This document shows positions 36,501 to 44,147 of a DNA stretch of 64,000 bases, in pieces (position 1 is the stretch's first letter; each line of letters opens with the position of its first letter). The DNA is from Candidatus Altiarchaeota archaeon (GTDB lineage: Archaea > Altiarchaeota > Altiarchaeia > IMC4 > SCGC-AAA252-I15): positions 128,001 to 192,000 of the forward strand of contig JAZDNF010000009.1 of NCBI GenBank assembly GCA_043800255.1, read 5' to 3'. The notes under the pieces are model-generated. The model was not told the origin of the DNA, did no database searches, and saw only the letters and a program-made list of their open reading frames with translations. A program made the position numbers and the translations under genes.

Positions 36501-37066
36501 GGCGCTATAAAATCCAAAGCATTCTTTCCAAGCATATCCTCAGGCTTTCTGAAACCGTGCAACCTCAGGGTTTGGGGCGAGACGAAGGTTAGGCTCCCTT
36601 CAAGGTCGGACATCGTAACAGCCTCGGGAGACGTCCTTACTAGGCCCCTGTAGAGTTCCTCAGAAGACCTGATAGCATCTTCTGCCGCTTTCCACTCGGT
36701 TATGTTACGCGCTACGCCAAGCACTCCGACAATCTTGCCATTGTGCACTATCGGATTAGCATCAACCTCCAGTTCGACAAGCGTCTTTTTCTTCGTGACA
36801 AGGGAAATCCGGTAGGGTTTGACCTTCAAACCGCGCACCCTCCTGATGAAGTTCTTACGGGACAATTCAGCCGATTTTTTTGTGAAGAACCTGTCGAATT
36901 TCCTGTTGATGACCTCAGAAGCCTTATAGCCTGTGAGCTTAAGCGCGACCTTGTTGACGTAGATGAACCTGCCATCCATGTTTAACGCGAACACTATGTC
37001 GTTCAGCTTGTCAGCTACGGAGATGAAATCAGACGAACCCAGACTTTCCAAAGCCCTTCGTGGCAT
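33599..37066 (-). CDS. Soluble multi-PAS (about 7 PAS/PAC) sensor histidine kinase
   Basis: Repeated ..R/HDITERK PAC ends. H-box ASHELQTPL, N-box NLLDNALKF, G-boxes DTGIGI and GVGLGL. Confidence 0.95.
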   Translation of the reverse strand: MPRRALESLGSSDFISVADKLNDIVFALNMDGRFIYVNKVALKLTGYKASEVINRKFDRFFTKKSAELSRKNFIRRVRGLKVKPYRISLVTKKKTLVELEVDANPIVHNGKIVGVLGVARNITEWKAAEDAIRSSEELYRGLVRTSPEAVTMSDLEGSLTFVSPQTLRLHGFRKPEDMLGKNALDFIAPEDRQRALKNLRKTFREGVVRDLEYAMLRKDRTRFTGELNAALVKNSQGKPSGFIAAVRDITKRKKLEGTQRANEVILKSNFKELQNLYEQLKVSEEKYKTLTENLNVGVYRSTVEGDGRFIESNPALIRRMGYKDRGEFLKAKVRDTYQNPKDRLKFIRKIRRQGFVKDEELHLKRKDGTQFIGSVSAVLVNDKKGSLTYIDGVIEDITERKKAVEALKESEERLRSVFNSMQDAFYRTDAKGRFVWVSPSTAKKLGYASPDDMLGLDVANSIYAHPKDRKKFLRDLKKSGWVADYEVELRRRDGSVFTVSTSSHYYRDKDGKVLGVEGIFRDITARKKAERELAASEAKYRSLFESSIEGIGISQGNRIVDANDALLKIYGYTSLDEFKKKQLLSTIAPSSRKLVLERIKKRDKGKYVPPRYELQIIRKNGEVRDIEISTTDVEISGKRYIQAAFHDITEEKRAQEAMLREKILSAGVITGSVDGILAFDRKFRYIIWNPGMERISGIKNGKALGRVAFDVFPFLKKTGEDKFFKAALRGETVIAEDRPYIVPETGNTGYFEGHYFPLRDEKGDILGGIAVIHDITERKRAQEEILSIKNHLETIINAIDEGLVVINRDMRIVSYNEAFRKSLRKPKKRIEGVSCYSVIHNFKKPCSYCVVSEMFKSGKKSADLHHHIEKGRRIWHDVRAYPLKDSAGGITSAVYVFRDVTKRMEMQEQLEDNYRRLQEAHEQLKELDNLKSEFVSIASHELQTPLTILRGYGELLQDETFGILNPKQKEKIDIMVKNIDALIKLVNDILDLSRIEAGQLEFNFRKLDVRTVVKDVVNYVRPAAERSGINLGFRMPSKIPLIRCDSDRLSQVVSNLLDNALKFTPRGGSITVSVSRLGRNIVIKIKDTGIGIPKGEVGKIFESFYQVDSSRRRKYKGVGLGLAVCKKIVEAHQGTIGVESEEGRGSIFSVVLPIR

Positions 37067-37067
37067 T

Positions 37068-37439
37068 CTAATCTTCCAACGAGCTTATTACCCTTAACAG
37101 CTGCCTCTTGTCGAACGGTTTGACCAGATAATCTGACACAACGTCCTGCAGGCCGAATATCTCAACGCCTGGGCCCTTCTCCACAGTCAGTATCAGGACC
37201 TTTGACTTGTCGGTGACCTTCTTCTCCTTCAGGCTCTTCAGAACCTGCCAGCCGTCCATGCCAGGCATCCTAATGTCCAATACCAGGATGTCGGGCGGGG
37301 ACTGCACTACCTTTCTGATGCACTCCTCGCCGCTCAGCGCGGTTGAAACCTTGTGGCCGTGAGACTCGAGCATGTGCTTCAGGATTTCGACCATGTCAGC
37401 CTCATCGTCCACCACCATGATGTTTGCCAACTCATTCAC
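37068..37439 (-). CDS. Stand-alone response regulator receiver
   Basis: VVDDE, LDIRMPGMDG, ILT and YLVKPF motifs. Confidence 0.93.
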   Translation of the reverse strand: MNELANIMVVDDEADMVEILKHMLESHGHKVSTALSGEECIRKVVQSPPDILVLDIRMPGMDGWQVLKSLKEKKVTDKSKVLILTVEKGPGVEIFGLQDVVSDYLVKPFDKRQLLRVISSLED

Positions 37440-38913
37440 CCCCTTCAGGTCCGACCGGACTTGTTAATATCTTCTTGCCTCTCTCAGTGACCTCGAGAAG
37501 CTTGTACTTGCCGTCCTTTATGACCTTCAGCAGGCCCTTGGATTCCAGCTCGGTTATCCTGCTCCTTGCAGTCGTTTTAGTGATCGAGAACCTGCTTGTG
37601 ACATCGACGAAGGACGGCATCTTCCTCCCCCTGTTCTCGTTGTGGACGAACTCCAGAAGCTCGTAGGATTTCTCAGGCAGGACTATGCTGTCAGCCCCGC
37701 TGACATTGTGGAGCTCCTGATACAGGAGTGAGAGCTCGTTGAGCTTCAGGGTGTCCGGGTTCACAGAGACCAGCAGGATGCACCTGCCGCTCATGATACT
37801 GTCATTCAGGGACTGTATGAACCTCAGAACATCCTCGAAGCTGTTCTGCACTATCAGATAGTCCAGCCTCTGCAGCAGTATGACAGAATCGATGTTGTGC
37901 GAGATGAAATCTTTTATTATCAGCCTCAACCTTTTCAGGTCGGTCGGCTTGACAGACTTCTCATCGGACTCGCCGTCCGTAAGCCATAGTATCGGAGTGG
38001 TCCGCAGATTGTACCGTTCCCTGACCTCTGTAGGCCGCAACCGGGAGATGCAGAAACCGTAGTGGCCTTTGGAAATCAGGTCCAGAAATATCTCAAAGCT
38101 CTTCTCGTGGTCTGGGTCTCTGACGAGATAGGAGTGACCCTCCTTCAGCCGGTACTTTGGCTTGTAGTCCTTGACCTTCTCCTTCTTCGGGGTCAGATGC
38201 ATGCCCCTGATCTTGGCCTCCTGCATCAGCATGGCCGCGCAGAAGATGAGCAGCAGGTTGGCGACGAGGTCGAACATCACGCCAGTGAACCGTGTCAGAT
38301 ACTTGGAACTAATGTCGAGAGCCGAGACGTAGTAGTACGTTCTGAGAGACGGGTCAACCAGGAGCAGAACCGAACCAAAGCGTGCGCTGGCATACACGAT
38401 GTTATGGTACTCGGGTATGTAGTTTCTGGCTATCTTCCCTATCGACAGGTAGACGATGACCAGAAGGATTATGCTGAGGTTGTATGCGATAAGGTCCAAT
38501 AATATGATGGCTGACAGTTCCCTGAAGACATAGGCTAGCAGGGGTACGCCAACCCCTATGATGCCAAGTGAGATGCACGTTGCCTTGGTCTTCCCTATGC
38601 TTATCTTCTGGAACCTCAGCAGCGACACTGACGCATAGGCTGCGGCAGACGTTCCCAACAGCAGGATGAGGTCGGCGATTATCCTATTGGAGAGAAACGT
38701 GTCCCCGTACTTCCAGTAGTCGTAGGTCTTCAGGGCAGAATAGAGTATCCCGGAAACGAGGGCTACTAGAAAAAGCCTCCACTGCGTCCTGTATTTGGTG
38801 TATACTTCGATGTTGTAGGAGAGCATGGTCAGGACTATGAACGGAAAAGACCAGGTCACCCACGTCAGGACGTTCGTAGCAGCAACTATTGTGTTTGGCA
38901 TCACCCTCCCCAA
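37432..38913 (-). CDS. Polytopic membrane protein with DUF835 domain and C-terminal wHTH
   Basis: About 7 TM helices. GFCISR..P, ILWLT and LDYLIVQNSF motifs. SITKTTARSRITELESKGLL...VTERG. Confidence 0.82.
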   Translation of the reverse strand: MGRVMPNTIVAATNVLTWVTWSFPFIVLTMLSYNIEVYTKYRTQWRLFLVALVSGILYSALKTYDYWKYGDTFLSNRIIADLILLLGTSAAAYASVSLLRFQKISIGKTKATCISLGIIGVGVPLLAYVFRELSAIILLDLIAYNLSIILLVIVYLSIGKIARNYIPEYHNIVYASARFGSVLLLVDPSLRTYYYVSALDISSKYLTRFTGVMFDLVANLLLIFCAAMLMQEAKIRGMHLTPKKEKVKDYKPKYRLKEGHSYLVRDPDHEKSFEIFLDLISKGHYGFCISRLRPTEVRERYNLRTTPILWLTDGESDEKSVKPTDLKRLRLIIKDFISHNIDSVILLQRLDYLIVQNSFEDVLRFIQSLNDSIMSGRCILLVSVNPDTLKLNELSLLYQELHNVSGADSIVLPEKSYELLEFVHNENRGRKMPSFVDVTSRFSITKTTARSRITELESKGLLKVIKDGKYKLLEVTERGKKILTSPVGPEGGE

Positions 38914-38976
38914 TTAGTTATGATAATCGTCGAATAAAAGACCACTTTTTTAACGCATCACAAGATAGTTAACACC

Positions 38977-39318
38977 ATGTTGGACAGGGAGTCTCTGATG
39001 AGGGAGCTTATGGAATGCTCTGACGTGCCGGCCGTCGTCGAGGGTAGGAAGGACAGGGAAGCTCTGGCATCATTGGGGTTCGAGGATGTCGTGGAATTGA
39101 ACAATGGCGGCTCCCTGCTGTCGACTGTAGAGTCACTGCAGGATTGCGGCAGGGTCTCGATACTAACTGATCTGGACCAGGAGGGCAAGATACTGAGGAA
39201 GAAGCTGCTGAAGCTGTTTAATCTCTACGGCATCGCAGAATACAAAAAACCGAGGGAGATTCTCGCGAACATGAGAGTGCAACACGTTGAAAGCCTGAGG
39301 AGAGTGCAGTATGAGTGA
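38977..39318 (+). CDS. Small TOPRIM-domain protein
   Basis: VVEGRKD and ILTDLDQEG motifs. Confidence 0.85.
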   Translation: MLDRESLMRELMECSDVPAVVEGRKDREALASLGFEDVVELNNGGSLLSTVESLQDCGRVSILTDLDQEGKILRKKLLKLFNLYGIAEYKKPREILANMRVQHVESLRRVQYE

Positions 39319-41038
39319 CAAGACGAGGGAGCCGATAATATCAGTATTGGGGCACGTTGACAGCGGCAAGACGACGCTGCTCGATTACATAAGGGAGAGC
39401 ACGGTATCCCAGAGGGAGGCGGGAGGGATAACACAGCACATCGGCGCCACAGACGTTCCTTTCGAGGTCGTGAGGAAATTATGCGGCCACCTGCTGGACA
39501 AGCTGAACCTGAAGATAATCATAAGAGGCCTCCTCTTCATCGACACCCCAGGCCACGCGGCGTTCATAAACCTCAGGAAGAGGGGCGGGAGCGTCGCAGA
39601 CATAGCGATACTGGTCGTGAACATAAACGAGGGGCTGATGCCGCAGACCATCGAATCCATAAACATCCTAAAACAGTATAAGACGCCGTTCATCGTCGCA
39701 GCTAACAAGGTCGACATGATAAGCGGGTGGATAAAAGACCAGCCGCTTGAAGCGCAACCGCAGCGCGTCAAAGACGAATTCTACAAGAAATTCTACATTC
39801 TGGTCGGCCAGATATCAGAGCACGGTTTCGACTCCGACCTGTATAACAACATAACGGACTTCACAAAGCAGGTTGCCATAGTCCCGCTCAGCGCCAGAAG
39901 CGGATACGGCATTCCCGAACTATTGATGATGCTAACAGGGCTTGCGCAGCAGTTCCTCTCCAAAAAACTGTCGGTTGAGATAACGTCCCCCGGGAGAGGC
40001 ACCATACTGGAGGTCAAGGAAGATGTGGGGCTGGGGACGACCATCGACGTGATACTGTATGATGGGATAATACGAAAGGGCGACCCGATAGTGGTCGGCG
40101 CAATCGGAGAGCCGATTGTTACTAAGGTTAAGGCCCTATTGAGGCCCAAATCGCTTGACGAGATGAGAGATCCAAGGGAAAAGTTCAAAAACGTCGACGA
40201 AGTTTATGCGGCATTCGGCGTGAAGATATCTGCTCCAAGCCTGGAGAGGGCGCTTCCCGGTGCGCCGGTCTACGTCGGGGGCCAGGAGCTTGTCGAGAAG
40301 GTCAGGAGGGAGATACAAGAGGTTGAAGTCTCAAAGGATGCGATAGGAGTGATAGTGAAGACTGACACTCTGGGATCGCTTGAGGCGATGATAAAGATAC
40401 TGTCAGACAACAATATCCCCATAAGGAAGGCTTCCATCGGAAAAGTGTCCAAACAGGATGTGACAGAAGCCATCTCAGTAGAGCAGGACAACAGGTTCCT
40501 CGGGGTCGTGCTCGCCTTCAACTCGCAGGTTCTTGAGAACGCCAGAAAGTCGGCCGAAGACAATAGGATCAGAATCATAGAGGGCAACATCATCTACAGG
40601 ATACTTGAAGACTATCAGGAGTACGTGAAAACCGAGAGGGAAGCCGAACGGCTGAAGAAGCTGAAGGAGGTCACCATGCCTGTCAAGTTCAGGATACTGC
40701 CAGGCCACACGTTCAGGCAGAGCAAGCCCGCGATAGCTGGAGTGGAGATAGTAGCCGGGACGTTGAGGACAGGCTACAGCATAATGCGCGACGACGGCAG
40801 GGTTATTGGAAAGATAAGGGGGATGCAGTCTGAGGGGGAGAGCATAGAGGAGGCCAAGGCAGGGGAGAAGGTGGCGGTCTCCATGGAAGACGTGACAATG
40901 GGCCGCAACCTCGACGAGAACGACATGGTCTACTCGTTCATACCATCAGAAGAGGTCGCGCAGCTAAGCAGGGACGACCTCAGCGACGAGGAGAGAAAAG
41001 TCCTGAAGGAGATACAGGAGATAAAGAAGAAAAGATGA
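39311..41038 (+). CDS. infB: Translation initiation factor aIF5B (IF-2)
   Basis: GHVDSGKTT, EAGGITQHIGA, DTPGH and NKVD motifs. Confidence 0.97.
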   Translation: MSDKTREPIISVLGHVDSGKTTLLDYIRESTVSQREAGGITQHIGATDVPFEVVRKLCGHLLDKLNLKIIIRGLLFIDTPGHAAFINLRKRGGSVADIAILVVNINEGLMPQTIESINILKQYKTPFIVAANKVDMISGWIKDQPLEAQPQRVKDEFYKKFYILVGQISEHGFDSDLYNNITDFTKQVAIVPLSARSGYGIPELLMMLTGLAQQFLSKKLSVEITSPGRGTILEVKEDVGLGTTIDVILYDGIIRKGDPIVVGAIGEPIVTKVKALLRPKSLDEMRDPREKFKNVDEVYAAFGVKISAPSLERALPGAPVYVGGQELVEKVRREIQEVEVSKDAIGVIVKTDTLGSLEAMIKILSDNNIPIRKASIGKVSKQDVTEAISVEQDNRFLGVVLAFNSQVLENARKSAEDNRIRIIEGNIIYRILEDYQEYVKTEREAERLKKLKEVTMPVKFRILPGHTFRQSKPAIAGVEIVAGTLRTGYSIMRDDGRVIGKIRGMQSEGESIEEAKAGEKVAVSMEDVTMGRNLDENDMVYSFIPSEEVAQLSRDDLSDEERKVLKEIQEIKKKR

Positions 41039-41295
41039 CAGACTACGACCTCGAGATTGAGAGGATCATGAGGGAGATAAGAAACTCGAACGCGAAGGTG
41101 GTCGGCCTCCAGTTCCCGGAAGGCCTGAAAGAGAAGGCGGTCGAGATTGCTGAGAGGATAGAGGAGGAGACAGGCTGCATCGCAGTCATATTCGTAGACC
41201 CAACTTACGGAGCCTGCGACACCAAGGACTCCGTCTCAGAGAGGGTTGGCGTCGATTTGTTGGTTCATTTCGGCCACACTGAATTCGGCCTGTAG
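41035..41295 (+). CDS. Stand-alone N-terminal domain of diphthamide synthesis protein Dph2
   Basis: VGLQFPEGLK, YGACD and LLVHFGH motifs. Ends at 86 aa. Confidence 0.75.
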   Translation: MTDYDLEIERIMREIRNSNAKVVGLQFPEGLKEKAVEIAERIEEETGCIAVIFVDPTYGACDTKDSVSERVGVDLLVHFGHTEFGL

Positions 41296-41358
41296 GCATT
41301 AGTTTTCCTCTGCTCTAGGCCAGGCTATTTTTATGCGCCGCGAAAAAGTGAGTGTACA

Positions 41359-41448
41359 ATGAAAGCCAACAGCAGAGCAGAGGAAACCCTTAACATAATC
41401 TACTTTTCGATGCTCCTCACAGTAGGAGCGTCGGCGCTGATGTTCTGA
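41359..41448 (+). CDS. Putative 29-aa single-TM peptide (not in track)
   Basis: MKANSRAEETLNIIYFSMLLTVGASALMF, with a TTTTTAT box about 25-30 nt upstream. Confidence 0.35.
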   Translation: MKANSRAEETLNIIYFSMLLTVGASALMF

Positions 41449-41495
41449 ATCAGAAGCCAATTTTGAGTCAGACGAAGGCGCAGTAGTTCAGAGCG

Positions 41496-42383
41496 TCAGA
41501 GCAGGCTCTCAAGGTACATCCTGACGTAATCCCTCCTGCCATCCTTCGAAGCCCTCTCCCTGAAGCCCTTCTCCTTTGCGAGCCTCTGCAATATCTTGTG
41601 AGAGCCGGAGCCGTACTGTGCAGCCCTCTTCCTCCTGTTGATTATGTAATCCGGGACCTCCGATTTCTCAGCCATCTTCCGCAGTACGTACTTTCTTATG
41701 AACTTCCTCCCGCCGGCAACGTCAACGCAGTCGTACTCTCCCCCGTCTTTGACCTCCCGTATCTTAAGCTCCGGCGGAATTCCTTTGGCATAGTTCACAA
41801 ACGCTTCATCTGTGAACGGAAACCTGAGTTCGATGCCGTTCCCCCTGCAGACCGCGGCATCATACCGCAGCTGACCGTCGAACAGGCTGCTGACATCATA
41901 ATCCAGAGCCTCCTGCAGGCTGCCGTAGCCGTCCTCCGAGAGGATCTCCAGATACCTGTTGTAGCCTCCGAAGAGCTCGTCAGGGCCCTGACCGCATAGC
42001 ATCACCCTCAGGCCGTCCTCGCCCGCTCTCCTAGAAGCGAAGTAGAAGGGCACGGCAACTGAAACCTTCAGAGGATCGGGAACTCCGACAAGCCGCACGA
42101 TGGGCTTCAGCGCAACTTCAACGTCTTCAACCGTGAATTCGATGATTCTGCCCTCAAACTTGGATGACTCCAGAAGCAGTCTAGCATATTTCAGGTCGTC
42201 TGAATCTGCAATACCCACAGAATATGAAGTCACTTCAGCAAGACGTGATGCGGTGACTGCCACGAGAGTTGAATCAAGACCGCCGGACAGTATAACGCCG
42301 ACCCCTCCATCAGCGCACTCCCGTCTGACAGCGTCAACGAACAATTCTTTCAGATTCCGCACGTAATCTTCCAAAGGATTCAT
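41496..42383 (-). CDS. Asparagine synthetase C-terminal (ATP pyrophosphatase) domain protein lacking the glutaminase domain
   Basis: ILSGGLDS, GQGPDELFGGY, ELRFPF and KRAAQYGSG motifs. Confidence 0.88.
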   Translation of the reverse strand: MNPLEDYVRNLKELFVDAVRRECADGGVGVILSGGLDSTLVAVTASRLAEVTSYSVGIADSDDLKYARLLLESSKFEGRIIEFTVEDVEVALKPIVRLVGVPDPLKVSVAVPFYFASRRAGEDGLRVMLCGQGPDELFGGYNRYLEILSEDGYGSLQEALDYDVSSLFDGQLRYDAAVCRGNGIELRFPFTDEAFVNYAKGIPPELKIREVKDGGEYDCVDVAGGRKFIRKYVLRKMAEKSEVPDYIINRRKRAAQYGSGSHKILQRLAKEKGFRERASKDGRRDYVRMYLESLL

Positions 42384-42426
42384 AAGAGGGGGATTTTAGT
42401 ATATACTCCTATAGCTAAAAGAGCAG

Positions 42427-43686
42427 GTGATTAAATTTAGGATACACTTTCTAGGAGGGGCGATGGAAGTCGGCAAATCCGCCTTCCTCATTGAATCGGA
42501 GGACGCTTCGGTCATGCTGGACTTCGGAGTTAAACTGACTGAACCGCCAACCTATCCCCAGGTCCCGAAGAATGTTGACGCTATCGTGCTCTCGCACTGC
42601 CACCTGGACCATAGCGGCGGCATACCGATACTGCACAAGAGTGCTAAGGTACCGGTTTATGCGACAGACATCACCCTCGAACTCGCACGGCTCCTCCAGC
42701 TAGACTCGCTCAAGATAAGCACTATGAGAGGGTTCCCTTCCCCGTATACGGAGGAGGATATCGAACGCATGCACCCTGACGAGGTGCCAGTAGACTTCAA
42801 CTCCAGCCGCAAGATAGGAAGGAACGTGAAATTCGAGCTCACACGGGCAGGGCACATCCCAGGCAGCGCTGCAGTGCTTATGGAACTTGACGGGCGCAGG
42901 CTCCTCTACACTGGCGACATCAACACCTCAGACACCCTGCTGATGGCTGCCGGAAGCGTGCCTGAAGCTGACATGCTGATTCTGGAGTCAACATACGGCG
43001 ACAGGGACCACCCTCCAAGGGAGGAGACCGAGAGGAAGTTCCTGGAGAGGATAAAGACGACACTCGTCGGCGGTGGCGTCGCCCTAGTCCCGGCCTTCGG
43101 GGTCGGAAGGTCGCAGGAGATGCTCCTGCTGCTCCAGAACCTCGAGTACCCAGTATACTTGGACGGGATGGCGAAGACCGCCACAACGCTTATGCTCGAA
43201 TACCCTGAGTACCTGAGAGACCCGGATGAACTCCAGAAGGCTGCCGAGAATGCAGTCTGGATAAGGAACAACAGGGACAGGAAGGATGCTATCCGGCAGC
43301 CCTGCGCCATAGTCACAACTGCAGGGATGCTCACAGGAGGCCCTGTTGTGAAGTACATACAGCTGTTGAACAAGAACAAGAAGAACAGTATAACGCTCAC
43401 CGGATACCAGGTCGAGGGCACGAACGGCAGGCTTCTCCTTGAGAGCGGCTACATCATCGACGAGATGACGAACAGGAAAGTAAAAGTCAGGCTCGACGTC
43501 GAAAAGTTCGACTTCTCAGCCCACGCAGACCATAAGGACATACTTAGGATAGTGAAGGACGTGAACCCGGAGAATGTGGCGCTCGTCCACGGCGATCCCC
43601 AGGTCATAGAGACGCTGGCAAAGGAACTAACGCCAAATCATAAGGTCTATACGCCTGAAGTGGGAACAACCGTCGATATCAGATAG
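42427..43686 (+). CDS. MBL-fold beta-CASP ribonuclease
   Basis: SHCHLDHSG, AGHIPGS, YTGD, ESTYG, FSAHAD and VHGD motifs. Confidence 0.92.
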   Translation: MIKFRIHFLGGAMEVGKSAFLIESEDASVMLDFGVKLTEPPTYPQVPKNVDAIVLSHCHLDHSGGIPILHKSAKVPVYATDITLELARLLQLDSLKISTMRGFPSPYTEEDIERMHPDEVPVDFNSSRKIGRNVKFELTRAGHIPGSAAVLMELDGRRLLYTGDINTSDTLLMAAGSVPEADMLILESTYGDRDHPPREETERKFLERIKTTLVGGGVALVPAFGVGRSQEMLLLLQNLEYPVYLDGMAKTATTLMLEYPEYLRDPDELQKAAENAVWIRNNRDRKDAIRQPCAIVTTAGMLTGGPVVKYIQLLNKNKKNSITLTGYQVEGTNGRLLLESGYIIDEMTNRKVKVRLDVEKFDFSAHADHKDILRIVKDVNPENVALVHGDPQVIETLAKELTPNHKVYTPEVGTTVDIR

Positions 43687-44080
43687 CAACAGGAGACAGC
43701 TGAGCCCTGCAGTTAGGGCACTTGGGATAGGACAACGCCAGGGATATCTTGCACTTCGGGCACCTTATGTCAGACTCGATATTAGATATGATAGTCTCCT
43801 TCTTCTTCACGGTTGCCTCCTTGTTCTCCAGGACGGCTATCCGCCAGCAGTCATAGGAGATTATTACGCCAGCTGCAAGCGAACCTGGAATGCCAAAGTA
43901 GTAGCTTAACGCAAGGTTAGCCATCAGAAAAATCAACCCTCTGCCGATTTTCCAAACGTACAGGTAAGCTATCGGCCCGAACAGTAGGCCAAGAAAGGCT
44001 GCAACATGAGGGTTCTTCGGCTTATGCTGAACTCTAGATTCAGATTGAGGCTTAACAACCGGGCTTCCGACTTCTTCCAT
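43679..44080 (-). CDS. Small membrane protein with C-terminal zinc ribbon
   Basis: KNPHVAAFLGLLFG TM2-like start. CPKC...CPNC. Confidence 0.7.
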   Translation of the reverse strand: MEEVGSPVVKPQSESRVQHKPKNPHVAAFLGLLFGPIAYLYVWKIGRGLIFLMANLALSYYFGIPGSLAAGVIISYDCWRIAVLENKEATVKKKETIISNIESDIRCPKCKISLALSYPKCPNCRAQLSPVAI

Positions 44081-44147
44081 CCTCTACTAATATGTAATCA
44101 ATGTTTAAAACATAGTAGTACTGAGAGCATATATCCGTTACATAACA

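Noticed and set aside
41496-42383. Asparagine-synthetase-like gene as the diphthamide amidase Dph6
   Set aside because: Motifs match the AsnB C-terminal domain rather than Dph6, and convergent adjacency to the dph2 fragment is not sufficient evidence.
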